Shown: in pieces, positions 25,755-39,546 of the stretch | Layout: the number at the start of each line of letters is the position of its first letter | Numbering within the stretch: position 1 is the first letter of the stretch | Assembly (NCBI GenBank): GCA_951406725.2 | Contig: OX597843.1 | Span: 13,950,001 to 14,014,000, forward strand | DNA from: Octopus vulgaris | Taxonomy: Eukaryota | Direction: 5' to 3' | Length of the DNA stretch: 64,000 nt | Translations under genes and position numbers: made by a program | The notes under the pieces: model-generated | Seen by the model: the letters and a program-made list of their open reading frames with translations, nothing else | Told to the model about the DNA's origin: nothing | Database searches by the model: none

Positions 25755-26460
25755 TTATATATGTGTGTGTGTGTATATATATTAGAAGAAATGAGGTACT
25801 CAGAAAATCAGATGTTTTTATATTTACAGATATTTATTTGTATATTACACATTTTTATACATCATATAACTTAGATCATGTATTAGGGCTTTCTCCCATT
25901 CTAGTGGGGTTTTCAAATCAAACTAAGTTGCTGTGTGAAAAGTTTTGACCATTTTATAGTGGTATTGAGTTTGTAGTGGTGGGGAGGAATATACGACAGT
26001 ACAAGAGGGAGATGGATGAGGAGAAAGTGAGGGAGAGAACATGTGTGTATGTGTGTGTGCGCTAATACATGATATAAGTTATATGATATATAAAAACATG
26101 TAATATACAAATAAATATCTGTAAATATAAAACCATCTGAATTTCTGAGTACCTCATTTCTTCTAATATATAATACCTGTACATCATCTCCAAACCTTCT
26201 AATATATACATACATATATATATACATATAAGGTCAGGTCACTTTCGAGTGCTACCAGTAACATGTAACCCTGTACAACCTGTTGCATGGTCGGGTCGTC
26301 GGTGACTAAAGAGGCAACCCCACTGTTGCTTAGTGAGTGGGATTGACTCAGTGGACAGCCTTTCCTCACTTTAAAAAAATCTTCTTGCATAGGCATTGCA
26401 TCATAACAACATTGATTAAGCTTCGTGCAATGGTTATACTCGATAACGAAGGGGCAGCCA

Positions 26461-26495
<35 letters not shown>

Positions 26496-26498
<3 letters not shown>

Positions 26499-28102
26499 TT
26501 GCGGCCAAAATGTTCAGAACGGCATTGTTTTCGCCAGAAAAGTAGGTATAAGTTTTTATCAAAGTTGTTTTATATTCTATAATTTTCACACACAATAAAT
26601 ACGATATTAATTGTTACTGTCTGAGATTTTGGTGTAATTTGAGAGGATAATACAAAAGTTATGGATGATTTTGTGATTTACTGCAAAACCCATGGCGGCC
26701 AAAATGATCAGAACGGTTGAAAAAATAACAAAATAATCAAAAATGACAGAGAATACTGGAATTATTTAATATTTAGTATGAAGCCATTTAGCTTCAATCA
26801 CACTCTGACTTCTTCGACTGCATGAGGAAATTAAATTTTCAATTTCTTGCTGGGTGATCTTATTCCATTCTTCCTGAAGGGCATTCTATATTTGCTCGGT
26901 TGTTTTAGGATTTCTGGCTTTCGAACGTTCTCCTAGAATATTCCATACATTTTCAATAGGATTGAGGTCTGGGCTTTGAGCAGGCCAATCCATAATAACC
27001 TTTTCAGCCTTGAGGAAGTTCATGACCACCTTAGCCTTGTGACATGGGCATTGTCCTGCATGAATATGGGTGGTCGCTTAGTTGAATTTCTCAGCACAGG
27101 CAAGACATGATCTTTTACAAGTTGTTTATAAACTCCTGCATTTACCTTTCCATGTAATCGCACCAAAGGGCCCACACCATCTCCAGATATCATCCCCCAA
27201 ACTATGACACTTCCTCCACCGAATTTAACACTAATCTTAAGGCATTTAGGCAACAATTTTTCACCTACTTTTCCCATCTGAGCCAAATAACATAGACTTA
27301 GATTCATCACTGAATTGCACCATTTGCCATTTTTCTTGAGACCACAACACATGTTCGGTTGCAAAGGTAAGATGACATTTTTTATTCTTGGAGCTGATCA
27401 GTGGCTTCACTGCAGGTGCTCTTGCTTGTAGGTCATGTTCAACTAAACGACGACACACAGTTTTTCGAGATAAAGTTTTCTTCAGTACAATGCTCATTTC
27501 CCGAGAAACAGCAGCAGCAGTTTTAAATCTGTCCTTTTTAACCAACTTTACCATATCTTCTCTCTTGGTCGTTTTTTCTTGGCCTACCTGTAGACTTTCT
27601 TGCTTCACACGAACCACAATCATCGAAGACCTTAAGAATACCGTGAACAACACTTTTTACCTTGTTAACAATCTTTGCAATAGACCCAATACTTAAATTA
27701 TCCTTCTTTCGAAGCTTAATAATCTGCTGACGAATTGGTAACGGAGTAAGTGGCATTATATTAACAAAGTACACTGCAGATATTCTTACTAATGTTTAGT
27801 AAACGAACCATCACATAAACAAATTCAAAACATTAGAGATCGCCGGTTAAATATACTAAAACACGGAGTAAAAGCAACCGTTTTGATCATTTTGGCCGCC
27901 ATGGGTTTTGCAGTAAATCACTAAATCATCCATAACTTTTGAATTATCCTCTCAAATTATACCAAACTCTCAGACAATAACAATTAATATCGTATTTATT
28001 GTGTGTGAAAATTATAGAATATAAAACAACTTTGGTAAAAACTTATACCTACTTTTCTGGCGAAAACAATGCCGTTCTGAACATTTTGGCTGTATATAGC
28101 AA

Positions 28103-28105
<3 letters not shown>
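26496..28105 (-). mobile_element. Full-length Tc1-family IR/DR DNA transposon inserted in (TA)n
   Basis: TIRs of ~225 bp (26496-26718 and 27876-28105) beginning CAGTTG, each with outer and inner direct repeats GCGGCCAAAATG(T/A)TCAGAACGG; TA flanks. Confidence 0.93.
26767..27756 (-). pseudogene. Tc1 DD34E-type transposase pseudogene
   Basis: MPLTPLPIRQQII..TGRPRK, VQFSDESK, KFGGGSVIVWG, IFMQDNA, WPAQSPDLNPIENVW..HTKY*. Split over several frames with an internal stop. Confidence 0.9.
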
Positions 28106-28370
<265 letters not shown>

Positions 28371-28561
28371 ATAAATATTAGGGAATAAATCCAAATTTAC
28401 AGGGAAAAACAGATTTAAGATTGAATCCAATTTTATAGTAAAATATTATATAATATTAATTAGAGACGAATATAATTTTATTTAATTTATATTAAAATTT
28501 TTTTATGTATTGGATTAAGTCTTTCTTTGTTTGATTTGCAAAATAGTGGTTTTGTCTCTAA

Positions 28562-28650
<89 letters not shown>

Positions 28651-28654
28651 TATA

Positions 28655-29046
28655 GTGCAGGAGTGGCTGTGTGGTAAGTAGCTTGTTTACCAACCGCATG
28701 GTTCCGGGTTCAGTCCCACTGCGTGGCACCTTGGGCAAGTGCCTTCTATTATAGCCTCGGGCCGACCAAAGCCTTGTGAGTGGATTTGGTAGACGGAAAC
28801 TGAAAGAAGCTTGTCGTATATATGTATATATATGAATATGTATGTGTGTGTCTGTGTTTGTCCCCCTAGCATTGCTTGACAACCGATGCTGGTGTGTTTA
28901 CGTCCCCGTTACTTAGCGGTTCGGCAAAAGAGACCGATAGAATAAGTACTGGGCTTACAAAGAATAAGTCCCAGGGTCGATTTGCTCGACTAAAGGCGGT
29001 GCTCCAGCATGGCCGCAGTCAAATGACTGAAACAAGTAAAAGAGTA
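28655..29046 (+). mobile_element. Major tRNA-headed SINE
   Basis: Matches 19631-20040. Confidence 0.85.
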
Positions 29047-29695
29047 TATATATGTGTGTGTGTATAGATAGATAGATAGATAGATATATGGATAGTTCAA
29101 ATTTAGAGAAAACACAAGGCGAAGGCAGGTGAGGGAATAACAAACAGATGTATTAATTTGAGGCTCGGGAAGAATGGAAAATCTTTGCCATTTCGAGCCC
29201 ATGTTCTTCGACAGAAAGGATTGAAAGGAGGGAAATGGAAAGAAAGCGGAGGGAGACAAAAGTGTGTAGGGGTTAACGGTTTGGCATGAGGAAAACATAT
29301 ATATACATACATACATACATACGTGTGTGTGTGTGTGTGTAATGTTTGGTGGATTCTCCTGTGGCAGATGACAAATGCGGAATTCGTAATTTCTTGCCGA
29401 ACAACCTGTTTTGATCAAATGTTTGTGCTGTCGGTGAGACTCAGCGTGATATTGAAAGGGACAAGGCTCACCCCTCTTCGATTGCAAGTAAAACTCATTG
29501 TTGCCAGCTGAGGGGACCGGAGCAACGTGGAATAAAAAGTCTTGCTCAAGGACGCAACGCACAGATCCGTATCGACCTCATGACCTTGCGACTGTGAACT
29601 GAATGCCGCAACCGAAGGAGAACATCTCTAAAGAACTGGTGGCGATCACCATCAACAAACCCTTAAAGGTGGAACTGGGCATGTAGTAGGAGATT

Positions 29696-30055
29696 CGGCA
29701 GTTTTTTCTAGCGGTGTCATATGAAATTGTCACCCATAATTATGACCCTAGTATCCATCTATTGCATTTCAATCTGTTTTAGGGTTAGGGGTGGGGGAAG
29801 GGTATCTTTTTTCTTCAGAAATGTAAATAAACCCAATCTGTTTCTTAAACGAGGGACATATTCATATGGTACAGAATGTTTTCACCTCAATAGACGTCAG
29901 TGATTGGTTGAAATTGCAGAAATTTAAGAAAAAACCCCAACAAATATCTTACAAACTATAGAATTTTCTCAATAAAGCCAAGAGAAAAAGATGTTTTATA
30001 AGCACGTTCTACGTGGAAATTATTTTAAAAAACTGCCGTTCAAACTGAAAAGATA
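29696..30055. mobile_element. Deleted copy of the GGATC-TIR MITE within a local tandem duplication
   Basis: Lacks most of the left TIR; same upstream flank as the 30267 copy. Confidence 0.75.
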
Positions 30056-30266
30056 CGACCGAGCAACGTGAAATAAAAAGTCTTGCTCAAGGACACATCA
30101 CACAGCTCTGTATCGACCTCATGGCCTTGCGACTGTGACCTGAATGCCGTAACCGAAGGAGATCATCTCTAAAGAACTGGCAGCGATCACCATCGGACAG
30201 GAATATGGGGTCGAATGGGGTGCAACAAACCCTTGAAGGTGGAACTGGGCATGTGGTAGGAGATTT

Positions 30267-30683
30267 GGATCTTTTCCGTTTCAATGGCAGTTTTTTCTAG
30301 CGGTGTCATATGAAATTGTCACCCATAATTATGACCCCAGTATCGATCTATTGCATTTCAATCTCTTTTAGGGTTAGGGTTAGGGGTGGTGGGAAGGGTA
30401 TCTTTTTTTCTTCACAAATGTAAATAAACCCAATCTGTTTCTTAAACGAGGTACACATTCATACGGCACAGAATGTTTTCACCTCAATAGACGTCATTGA
30501 TTGGTTGAAATTGCAGAAACTGAAGAAAAAAAACAACAAATATCTTACAAACCATAGAATTTTCTCAATAAAGCCAAGAGAAAAGGATGTTTTAGAAACA
30601 CATTCTACCAGTATACCAAGTTTAAAAGTGTTTAGTTAACTAGAAATTATTTTTAAAAACTGCCGGTCAAACCGAAAAGATCC
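30267..30683. mobile_element. GGATC-TIR MITE (Merlin-like)
   Basis: TIRs present; flanks ggagattt/ggagattc (8-bp TSD with one mismatch). Confidence 0.85.
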
Positions 30684-31429
30684 GGAGATTCGCTTCCCAA
30701 CTCCATGGTTTCGAGTTCAGTCCCACCTTGGGTAAGTGTCTGCTACTCTAATCCTGGGTCAATCAAAGCCTTGTGAACTGATTTGGTAGACGGGGACAGA
30801 AAGAAGTCTGTTTTACACACACATGCATACATACATACAAAGAGGCAAACAGACAGACAACCTTCAAGGCAGTGCCCCAGCTTGGCCGCAGTCCAGTGAC
30901 TGAAGCAAATAAACACGAAACACGGCCACATTCCGTAAACATTGGTTCAAGGGAGGCTACCTTACAAAGGGGGATAATTCTTCCTAAAACATTCTCTTAT
31001 CGTTTATTCCAGTTCTTGAGCTGCGACCATACTGCGGCACCGTCTTGAAAGGTTTTAGGCTGATAAATCGGCCCCATGGCCTTTCTTTTTCTTAGAGTTT
31101 GCCACTTATTGTATCTCTCGCACTTTGACTGACTGAACTACTAAGTGGACGTAAACAAACAAACACCAGTCGTCAAGCGGTTTGTAAAACGAACACACGC
31201 ACATGTAAAAAGGTTTATTTCCACAGCTTGGGATCTTGGACTCAGTCCCCACACTGCTGCAGCTTGGGCGAGTGTCTCCTTCTATAGACCCAGGCAATGG
31301 AAATTGAAGGAAGCCCAACATGTGGTGTGTGTGTGTGTATGCATGTATGTTGTATTATGTGTATGTGATACCTAATGTATATACATATACATACACACAC
31401 ACACACACACATACATATATATATGTATA

Positions 31430-31833
31430 TACTCTTTTACTTGTTTCAGTCATTTGACTGCGGCCATGCTGGAGCACCGCCTTTAGTCGAGCAAATTGAC
31501 CCCGGGACTTATTCTTTGTAAGCCCAGTACTTATTCTATCGGTCTCTTTTGCTGAACCGCTAAGTGAAGGGGACGTAAACACACCAGCATCAGTTGTCAA
31601 GCGATTTTGGGGGGACAAACACAGACGCACAAACACACACACACAAACATATATATATAAAAACATATATACGATGGGCTTCTTTCAGTTTCCGTCTACC
31701 AAATCCACTCACAAGGCATTGGTTGGCCCGGGGCTATAGTAGAAGACACTTGCCTAAGATGCCACGCAGTGGGACTGAACCCGGAACCATGTGGTTGGTT
31801 AGCAAGCTACTTACCACACAGCCACTCCTGCGC
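31430..31833 (-). mobile_element. Major tRNA-headed SINE
   Basis: Reverse complement of 19631-20040. Confidence 0.85.
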
Positions 31834-32369
31834 TTATATATATATAATCATTACATATAGATCCAAAAATGAGTTTAAAAGGTAAAATTGAACTGTTGGT
31901 TCCTATGTTTCCTCTTTGGTTTCAGATACTGTGACCTCCTTCGGTCATGAATGACCATGGAATTGCACCTAGAAAGTAACCTTCTGAGGTACAAGTCTGA
32001 ATAAGGTTGTTTATTGAAGACCAGCAGCCTCCCCTCTCCACGCCACCGAATGTTATCCAAGGCAAAGGGGCCGATACAGCTTCGCACCAGTGACGTCGCA
32101 GCTCATTTATTAACGTGCAAGTGGCTGAGCACTCCACAGACACGTGTACCCTTAACATAGTTCTCGTGGCACTCTGTCGGTTATGACGACAAGGGTTCCA
32201 ATTAATCTGGTCAAGGGAACAACCTGTTCGTGAAATTAACGTACAAATAGCTGAGCACCCTACAGACACGTGTACCCTTAATGTAATTCTCAGGGAGATT
32301 CAGCATGACAGAGAGTGACAAGGGTGGCCCTTTGAAATACAGGAAATACAGGTACAACAGAAACAATAA

Positions 32370-32547
32370 GAAAGAGTGAGAGAAAGTTGTGGTGAAAGAG
32401 TACAGCAGGGTTCACCCCCTTGCCGGAGCTTCGTGGAGGTTTAGGTGTTTTCGCTCAATAAACACTCACAACGCCCGGTCTGGGAATCGAAACTGCGATC
32501 CTATGACCGTGAGTCCGCTGCCCTAACCACTGGACCATTGTGCCTCC
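32370..32547 (-). mobile_element. tRNA-derived SINE 5' part
   Basis: Reverse complement of 49163-49345. Confidence 0.75.
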
Positions 32548-32750
32548 ACACACACACACATATATATATAAATATATCTGTATGTGTATATATATATATC
32601 TAATGTAGGATGAAATTTTTTCGAAAAAAATTCTTTTCCAAAAAAGTTTTATCAATGGCCAGCATATTAAAAATACCTTTAAAGGTTAAAATTATAAACA
32701 ATTCTTCCATGGGTATGAGTAAGTATCTCATTTATTTCTTTTGCCACATG

Positions 32751-32815
32751 TATCACTGATGAAGAGAGGGCTGTTATAAGCTAACCCTGAAATCGGTCCG
32801 ATATGGTAATAATGG
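32751..32815 (+). ncRNA. Degenerate hammerhead-like motif in a probable Penelope pseudo-LTR fragment
   Basis: TATCA-CTGATGA-AGAG-AGGG..CCCT-GAAA-TCGG-TC-CGATA. Confidence 0.5.
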
Positions 32816-32953
32816 AATTTTTTAGAAATTTCTGTCCACCTTTTTTTTGAGTAGCGTGTGTATTGTGAAAAAATTATATGGTAATTGGACAATATGTCCA
32901 ATTTTTTGGCATATTTGGCACTGGAAATTTTTTCGTTTGCCCTATATCTGTAA

Positions 32954-32989
<36 letters not shown>

Positions 32990-33299
32990 GTATGTGTATA
33001 TATATATCATTTGTAGAAATATGTAAATGCTGAGGAGAAGTGCATCCTAAGATGTAGAACAGTTAATGTTACAGTGGGGTTGACTGGTTTATGGGGTTGT
33101 CCTGGATTTCTCACTCATAAGGGGTTTAGCCTTATGGTGTATCTTCAGACCCAAAACACTGATAGAGGAGGAGGAAAAACCTTGTTTTTAAGGATAAAAC
33201 CATTGGTGGTCATCTCTGTCCATTGATCTTCAGCCACACTGCCGTCTTGCGGTCACCAAAGCACCATGAAGGTAAACAATTGTCTCCCTTCAGCCTTGG

Positions 33300-33720
33300 C
33301 TCTTGATTCCAGGTTGTGGTGCCACGTTGCAGATTCCAAAAATGTAAGCAGGAATTTTCTGAAATGCGAGGTTCAAAAATCTCTGTCCTGGAGTTCAGGA
33401 TGCCCCCTGGCACAAGTGAGTCTTTAAGGATCCTCATGCATTCAGCAATGTATAACCTGCATCGATTCATCCTGTTGATGTAGGGCCCTGGGTCCTTCAA
33501 CATTTTCCATTCAATCGAGCATGGAATCTCTTCGTCTTGTAATTTACCAGAAAATGTAAATGAGTGCCATTGCCTAATTTTTTGGACTGATTTTGTAAAT
33601 TTCTAATTTAATCTCTTCATCTTGAAATTACCAGGTGTGGCTGGTCATCAATATCAGCTACCCCCTGTCTGGGACTCTGAAAGGGGACAGATGATTGGAA
33701 ATATCCTGTTTGAGAGAGTT
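33300..33720 (-). mobile_element. Penelope-like GIY-YIG C-terminal remnant
   Basis: GPYINRMNRCRLYIAECMRILKDSLVPGGILNSRTEIF, homologous to 25050-25160. Confidence 0.55.
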
Positions 33721-33882
33721 CCCAGTGCACCCCACGTATTTCTGTGGGCAAATGATGTTGTTGCTGCTGTTGGTGATGTTGCTGCTACCGTTGCTGCTGG
33801 TGCTGCCAGTGGTGTTGTCACTGCTGGGGTTGGGGGTGCTGGTGTTTCTGGGAATGGTGTTGGTGCCGCGAGTGTTGGCTGG

Positions 33883-34415
33883 GGCGGCTAGCTGGCAGAA
33901 ATGTTAGCACTCTGGGCGAAATGCGTAGCCGTATTTCATCGGTCATTACGTTGTGAGTTCAAATTCCGCCGAGGTCGACTTTGCCTCTCATCCTTTCGAG
34001 GTTGATTAAATAAGTACCAGTTATGCACTGGAGTCGATATAATCGACTTAATCCCTTCGTCTGTCCTTGTTTGTCCCCTCTGTGTTCAGCCCCTTGTGGG
34101 TAGTAAAGAAATAGGTATTTCGTCTGCCGCTACGTTCTGAGTTCAAATTCCGCCGAGGTCGACTTTGCCTTTCATCCTTTCGGGGTTGATTAAATAAGTA
34201 CCAGTTATGCACTGGAGTCGATATAATCGACTTAATCCTTTTGTCTGTCCTTGTTTGTCCTCTCTGTGTTTAGCCCCTTGTGGGCAGTAAAGAAATAGGT
34301 ATTTCGTCTGCCGTTACGTTCTGAGTTCACATTCCGCAACTTAATCCGTTTGTCTTTGTTTGTCCCCTGTGTTTGTCCCCTGTGTTTGTCCCTTTGTGGG
34401 TAGTAAAGAAATAGG
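33883..34415 (+). mobile_element. SINE (GGCGGC.AGCTGGCAGAA head, Meta-domain-like core) with tandemly triplicated body
   Basis: gaggtcgactttgcctttcatcctttcgggg..taagtaccag core; body repeats with ~186-bp period. Other copies at 51283-51515 and 53240-53410 (minus). Confidence 0.75.
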
Positions 34416-34867
34416 TGGTGATGGTGGCAGTGTTACTGGTTCTGTTGATGGAACTAGACGCGAAATTTTTTTCCCACGAGAGTTCCGGACCCCAGTTTAT
34501 GAACTCATTTGCATACAGCCAATCAGAGCTTAACAATCAAACTAGGGTCCACCTAGTCACAAAAATACTCTGGTTGTGTTCAGTGGAAAATATACGTCAC
34601 GGCAAAATCTGTTCTAAACAGGTTAATAAGGGTGACAAATGTGAAATTTAGTGCATAACGTGAATGGAGAGCTGCTCCAAGATGAGGCCATAAGTGTTGC
34701 CAATTTGTGTAATTTACTAGAAAAGGTAAATGAGTGGAGTTTCATAATTTTGTGACTGATTTTGTACATTCCCAATTTAAAATGGTGTTGATCTGGAAAT
34801 ATCGAAATCAATATGGCATTGTGTCATATTGCGCCCTCCTTGCATTCACTGGTTATACTGTAGTAGT

Positions 34868-35030
34868 ACTTACTTGTACTTGTACTTGTGGCGACATTCA
34901 CCCTGGGTGGGTTGAGTCGGCTTCTTTTACCACCCTCGAGGCATCTCGAACCATGGCAGCCCACGCATGACGGTCCTGCACCAGTTCACTGGAGATAGCG
35001 AGCCAGTCACGGTTCTATTGACGCAGGCTG
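34868..35030 (-). mobile_element. RTE-like LINE 3' end with a (CAAGTA)n tail
   Basis: Minus strand NRDWLAISSELVQDRHAWAAMVRDA followed by CAAGTA repeats. Confidence 0.55.
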
Positions 35031-35837
35031 ATGTTGCCATTGTATTTGCCATTGAGAATTCATGGAAGAAGTCTCGTGGGAATATGTGGATTTCACAAGC
35101 GGTCCCCAACAATCCCGCATGTGGAGACATCTTGTTTGCCGCAGATTGTCTGCAGACGCTGGGACAGAATGACCAAGGAGCTGCTGGTTGCCGAAACAGA
35201 CACTCCGAGGATTTTCACCAGAGCCCCATCTGCCGGGTTGTGGCCCTAATACCACTCGGTGTCAGACTAATCCACCTTGGGTGGCCCTACCAAGAACCGA
35301 AGTTCCCGACAGCATAGCTCTGACACTACCCGTTGCCAGCGTCCCCACCACGGTGAGGAGGAGATGGACTTTGGGGGCACACTGTAGTAGTACACAGCCT
35401 GTGGATTATCAAGGTGAGCTCTGGTTGTATGCAAATGAGGTCATTACTGGGGTCCAGAACTCACGTGGGAAAAGAACTGGACCTGTTGCTTCAATGGCCA
35501 GTAGGTTTGGCCCATGGACGTCAGGAGAGCTATTTGTGAGGGGCGGGTGATGGTGGTGATGTTGCTGCTGTTGTTGTTAGTGATGCTGCCATCTACAGTG
35601 GTGGTGATGGCAATGGCGACTGGCAGGAGACTGGCTCTGTCTTCGTGTCTACGGCCGTTATTGCTTCTGATGGTGTTGAAGGTATGTTGTGTTAGAACCT
35701 CGCTTGATATACAACCCCTTTCGTTTTACAGTGGCCTCCCTACTGGGTAACTGCTTCGGACCCTGCATGAACAACCCACCTCTTGCTGTGTCCTAGGGGC
35801 TCTAACCAGGATGTTCTTAATGAATTTTAGAAAATTC

Positions 35838-36244
35838 GGATATTTTCCATTTGACCGGCAGTTTTTTCTAGCGTTGTCATATGAAATTGTCACCCATAAT
35901 TATGACCCTAGTATCGATCTATTGCATTTCAATCTCTTTTCGGGTTAGGGTTAGGGATGACTTTTTTTTCTTCAGAAATGTAAATAAACCCAATCTGTTT
36001 CTTAAACAAGGGACATATTCATACAGCACAGAATGTTTTTTACCTCAATAGACATCATTGATTGGTTAAAATTGCAGAAATTGAAGAAAAAAAACAACAA
36101 ATATCTTACAAACTATAGAATTTTCTCAATAAAGCCAAGAGAAAAAGATGTTTTATAAACACATTCTACCAGTATACGAAGTTTAAAAGTGTTTAGTTAT
36201 GTGGAAATTATTTTTAAAAACTTCTGTTCAAACTGAAAAGATCC
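35838..36244. mobile_element. GGATC-TIR MITE (Merlin-like)
   Basis: Perfect 8-bp TSD gaaaattc on both sides. Confidence 0.85.
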
Positions 36245-36587
36245 GAAAATTCTTATTGGCTTTTTGGAATCCGCAGGGCAGCACCACAGCCTGCTGCCAA
36301 TAGCCAAGGCTGAAAGGAGACAGTCGTTAACCTTTGTGGTGCTTTGGGGATCGCAAGATTGCAGCACAGCTGAAGATCAATGCACAGTGGCAAAGGGCGA
36401 TGATTACCTATGGTTTTACCCTTAAAAACGAGGCTTTTCCCCCTCCATATTTTAAAGAGGTCTCAGGCCAACAGTGTTTGGGGTCTGAAGATATGCGGTA
36501 AGGCTAAACCCCTTATGAGCAAGAAACCCAGGGTAACACCATAAACCAGCTTACCTCGCTGTAATATATATGTATATATAATTACAT

Positions 36588-36619
<32 letters not shown>

Positions 36620-36620
36620 G

Positions 36621-36665
<45 letters not shown>

Positions 36666-37135
36666 TGAGGGAATATCCAAACTTACAGGGAAAAATTCAA
36701 TTTAGTAATACTAAATCAAATTTCACAAAATATTATATATCATCATCATCATCATCATCATCATTTAACGTCCGATTTCCATGCTAGCATGGGTTTGATG
36801 ATTCAGCTGGGGTCTGGGAAGCCAGAAGGCTGCACCAGACTCCAGTCTGATCTGGCAGTATTTCTACAGCTGGATGCCCTTCCTAACGCCAACCACTCCA
36901 TGAGTGTAGTGGGTGCTTTTTACGTGCCACCAGTACGGAGGCCAGGTGAGGCTGGCAACAGCCACGATTGGATGGTGCTCCCCACCTGCCGCCGGCATGG
37001 AGGCCAGCCGGGGCGGCGCTGGCAACAGCCACGCTCGGATGGTTCCTTTACATGCCACCGGCACTGGTATCACAGCTACAATTTCCATTGATGTTGATCG
37101 ATTTCGATTTCGATTTTGATTTTGATTTTTGATTT

Positions 37136-37183
<48 letters not shown>

Positions 37184-37277
37184 ATATATAAATTAGAAAA
37201 AAACACCTTTTATCAATTCAATAATGAAAAAATAAATTATGCCATTTAGAAAAATTACTTATGATCATATTATTATA

Positions 37278-37675
37278 TCTTTATATATAAAAGAGAGGTT
37301 GTGTGCTGTCTGTCTCCTACGATTTAGATTATTAACTACTCCCACATTTTGTGGTGGTGCAGTTTAACCAAAACCGGGTATCTTATAGTCGTGATTCATA
37401 TCGAGCCCTTCTGGGTATTAGCGTGTGTCTACGATGAGTCTACGATTTAAAAAAAAATTTACCTTCAATTTTTCCCATTTTTAATTGATTTTTGGCATAT
37501 ATAAGGGAAGTAACACTCTAAAAATTTATTATTAAATCTCAGAACGTAAAAAAGCTACAGTAACACCCCCCTTTGTGGTTAGCCATATTGAGATGGCTAT
37601 TATACTTTACATCTCTAAAAATGCTTATAGAGTTATTTCCCTTACAAACCCGAGCAACGCCGAGCGATACTGCTA

Positions 37676-37676
<1 letters not shown>
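37278..37676 (+). mobile_element. Non-autonomous Helitron
   Basis: A|TC start, CCCGAGCAACGCCGAG near-terminal hairpin, CTAG|T end; sister copy at 44599-44890. Confidence 0.75.
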
Positions 37677-37728
<52 letters not shown>

Positions 37729-37742
37729 CACATAGATATATA

Positions 37743-38165
37743 CTAGGGTGTCCTGTTTTCAGGGTAAAAGTTTCTTCTGATTGCATTATTGGTGCCAGTG
37801 GATGAAAAAATGAGTGCCAAAGCTCTAAAGTTGAAAAAAATGGTCAAAATTGGCCATTTTTATTGTGCTAATGTAGTGTCAAGTCAAAAGGTATCTGATG
37901 TTTATTTTATAAGTCTCACAGGGATCTAAATTATGCGAGAAAATTATGGGACATATTTTAATTTATTGATTTGATGACGAGCACAGTGTGACATGGTTGG
38001 CAACAAGATTTTAATCTCAAATCAACAAAAACCTTCCAAGATACATTTTGAAATTGACTTTTAAAGTATAAAATACAAGTTGTAAGATTAAAACGAATCT
38101 TCAGTACTTACCTATTCAGCTGATTGTTAACAGGAAATTTTGACCCTGAAAACGGGACACTCTAA
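37743..38165. mobile_element. Tc1/mariner-like MITE
   Basis: TIRs TAGGGTGTCCTGTTTTCAGGGTAAAA / TTTTGACCCTGAAAACGGGACACTCTA. Confidence 0.65.
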
Positions 38166-38196
38166 TGTGTGTGTGTACACTCACACACACACACAT

Positions 38197-38255
<59 letters not shown>

Positions 38256-38274
38256 TAATAATAAAAATGAAAAA

Positions 38275-38590
38275 ATATGTGGTTGTAGGATCTGTAGGAA
38301 TGATTAAAAAAAGGTACTGAAACCTATTTGGAAATGATTCCAGGCTTACCAGCCCTACAGGAAATGCAAAAAATCGTATTAACTGGAACGGCTCATGTAC
38401 TGAGAAGAGTATTATCGCTGTGAAAACAACATCCATCCATATTTATTCATTTTTAAATACATATTTTACCTGTGAATTTGCATGTGTAATCTGGGAATGC
38501 ATACAATGAGCTTCTCTGCCCTTGGCGTATGGAAAACACTCGGCGAGAAATGGAAGAAAATTTGAAGAAAGAAGGAAAAAACATAAAAAT
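38275..38590 (+). mobile_element. R4/Dong-type 3' end between (AAT)n tracts
   Basis: VVVGSVGMIKK..EMQKIVLTGTAHVLRRVLSL across frameshifts; (AAT)n on both sides. Confidence 0.65.
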
Positions 38591-39546
38591 AATAATAATA
38601 ATAATAATAAATTAGCTTAAAATCTGCCTGATAGGTGGGCCTTGAGCCCAACAATGACACTTCATGCATTAAGTACATATTAAATTTTATTAAACTTTTC
38701 AAGCAATGAACAATTTTCATTAAAATAATAATATAATTTGTCGACTTGGAACTTATTGCAAAGCTGCATGATAAGCAACATTTCTCTGTCTTCCCATTCA
38801 AGGGTCTGTACAGTTTTTTTTTCTATTCCCACCATGGCCACCACAACTGCCATACACACACCATTCAAACTTCTGACGCCACCACCATCAATACCTTTGA
38901 CTTCACCGCCTTCCCCTTCACTACCATCACCACTGTCTTTCACATTGCTTTACTATCGCCATTGTTCCTGACTGCTTCAGCTACCACCATCACCACCACC
39001 ACCATTGCCTCTGCCTCTATCACAACTACAGCTCATACTATTACTATCACCCCATTACCACCACAACTACCAATCTACTACCGTACCGTTGCCTACTATT
39101 ACTCTCACCCCAACATGAGCAATAGTAAAAGTGTCAATGAATAGTGAGGCGGGGGGGGGGGGGGTCGACGTGTGACACACAAATTAGTTTTTGCATATAG
39201 GGTAAAGATCCCCTTTCGTCAAGAATGACCAAGAGATTGCACCTAGAGAGTTCTCATCAATCTTGTCGAAGTCTGGGAAAGGTTGTTTATGGAAGACCTG
39301 CAGTTGCCCATGCACACCAGCGTCCCCTCTCCATGCCACCAATGTTATCCCAAGGGAAAGGCAAAGGGGCCAATACAAGTTGGCACCAGTGACATTGCAA
39401 TTCATTTCTACAGCTGAGTGGACTGGAACAACATGAAAAGAAGTGTCTTGCTCAAGAACACAACACAGCCCAGTCCGGGAATAGAACTCCCTACCTCATG
39501 AGTGTAAGCTCGATGCTCTAACCACTGAGCCATGTGCCTTCCCTAT

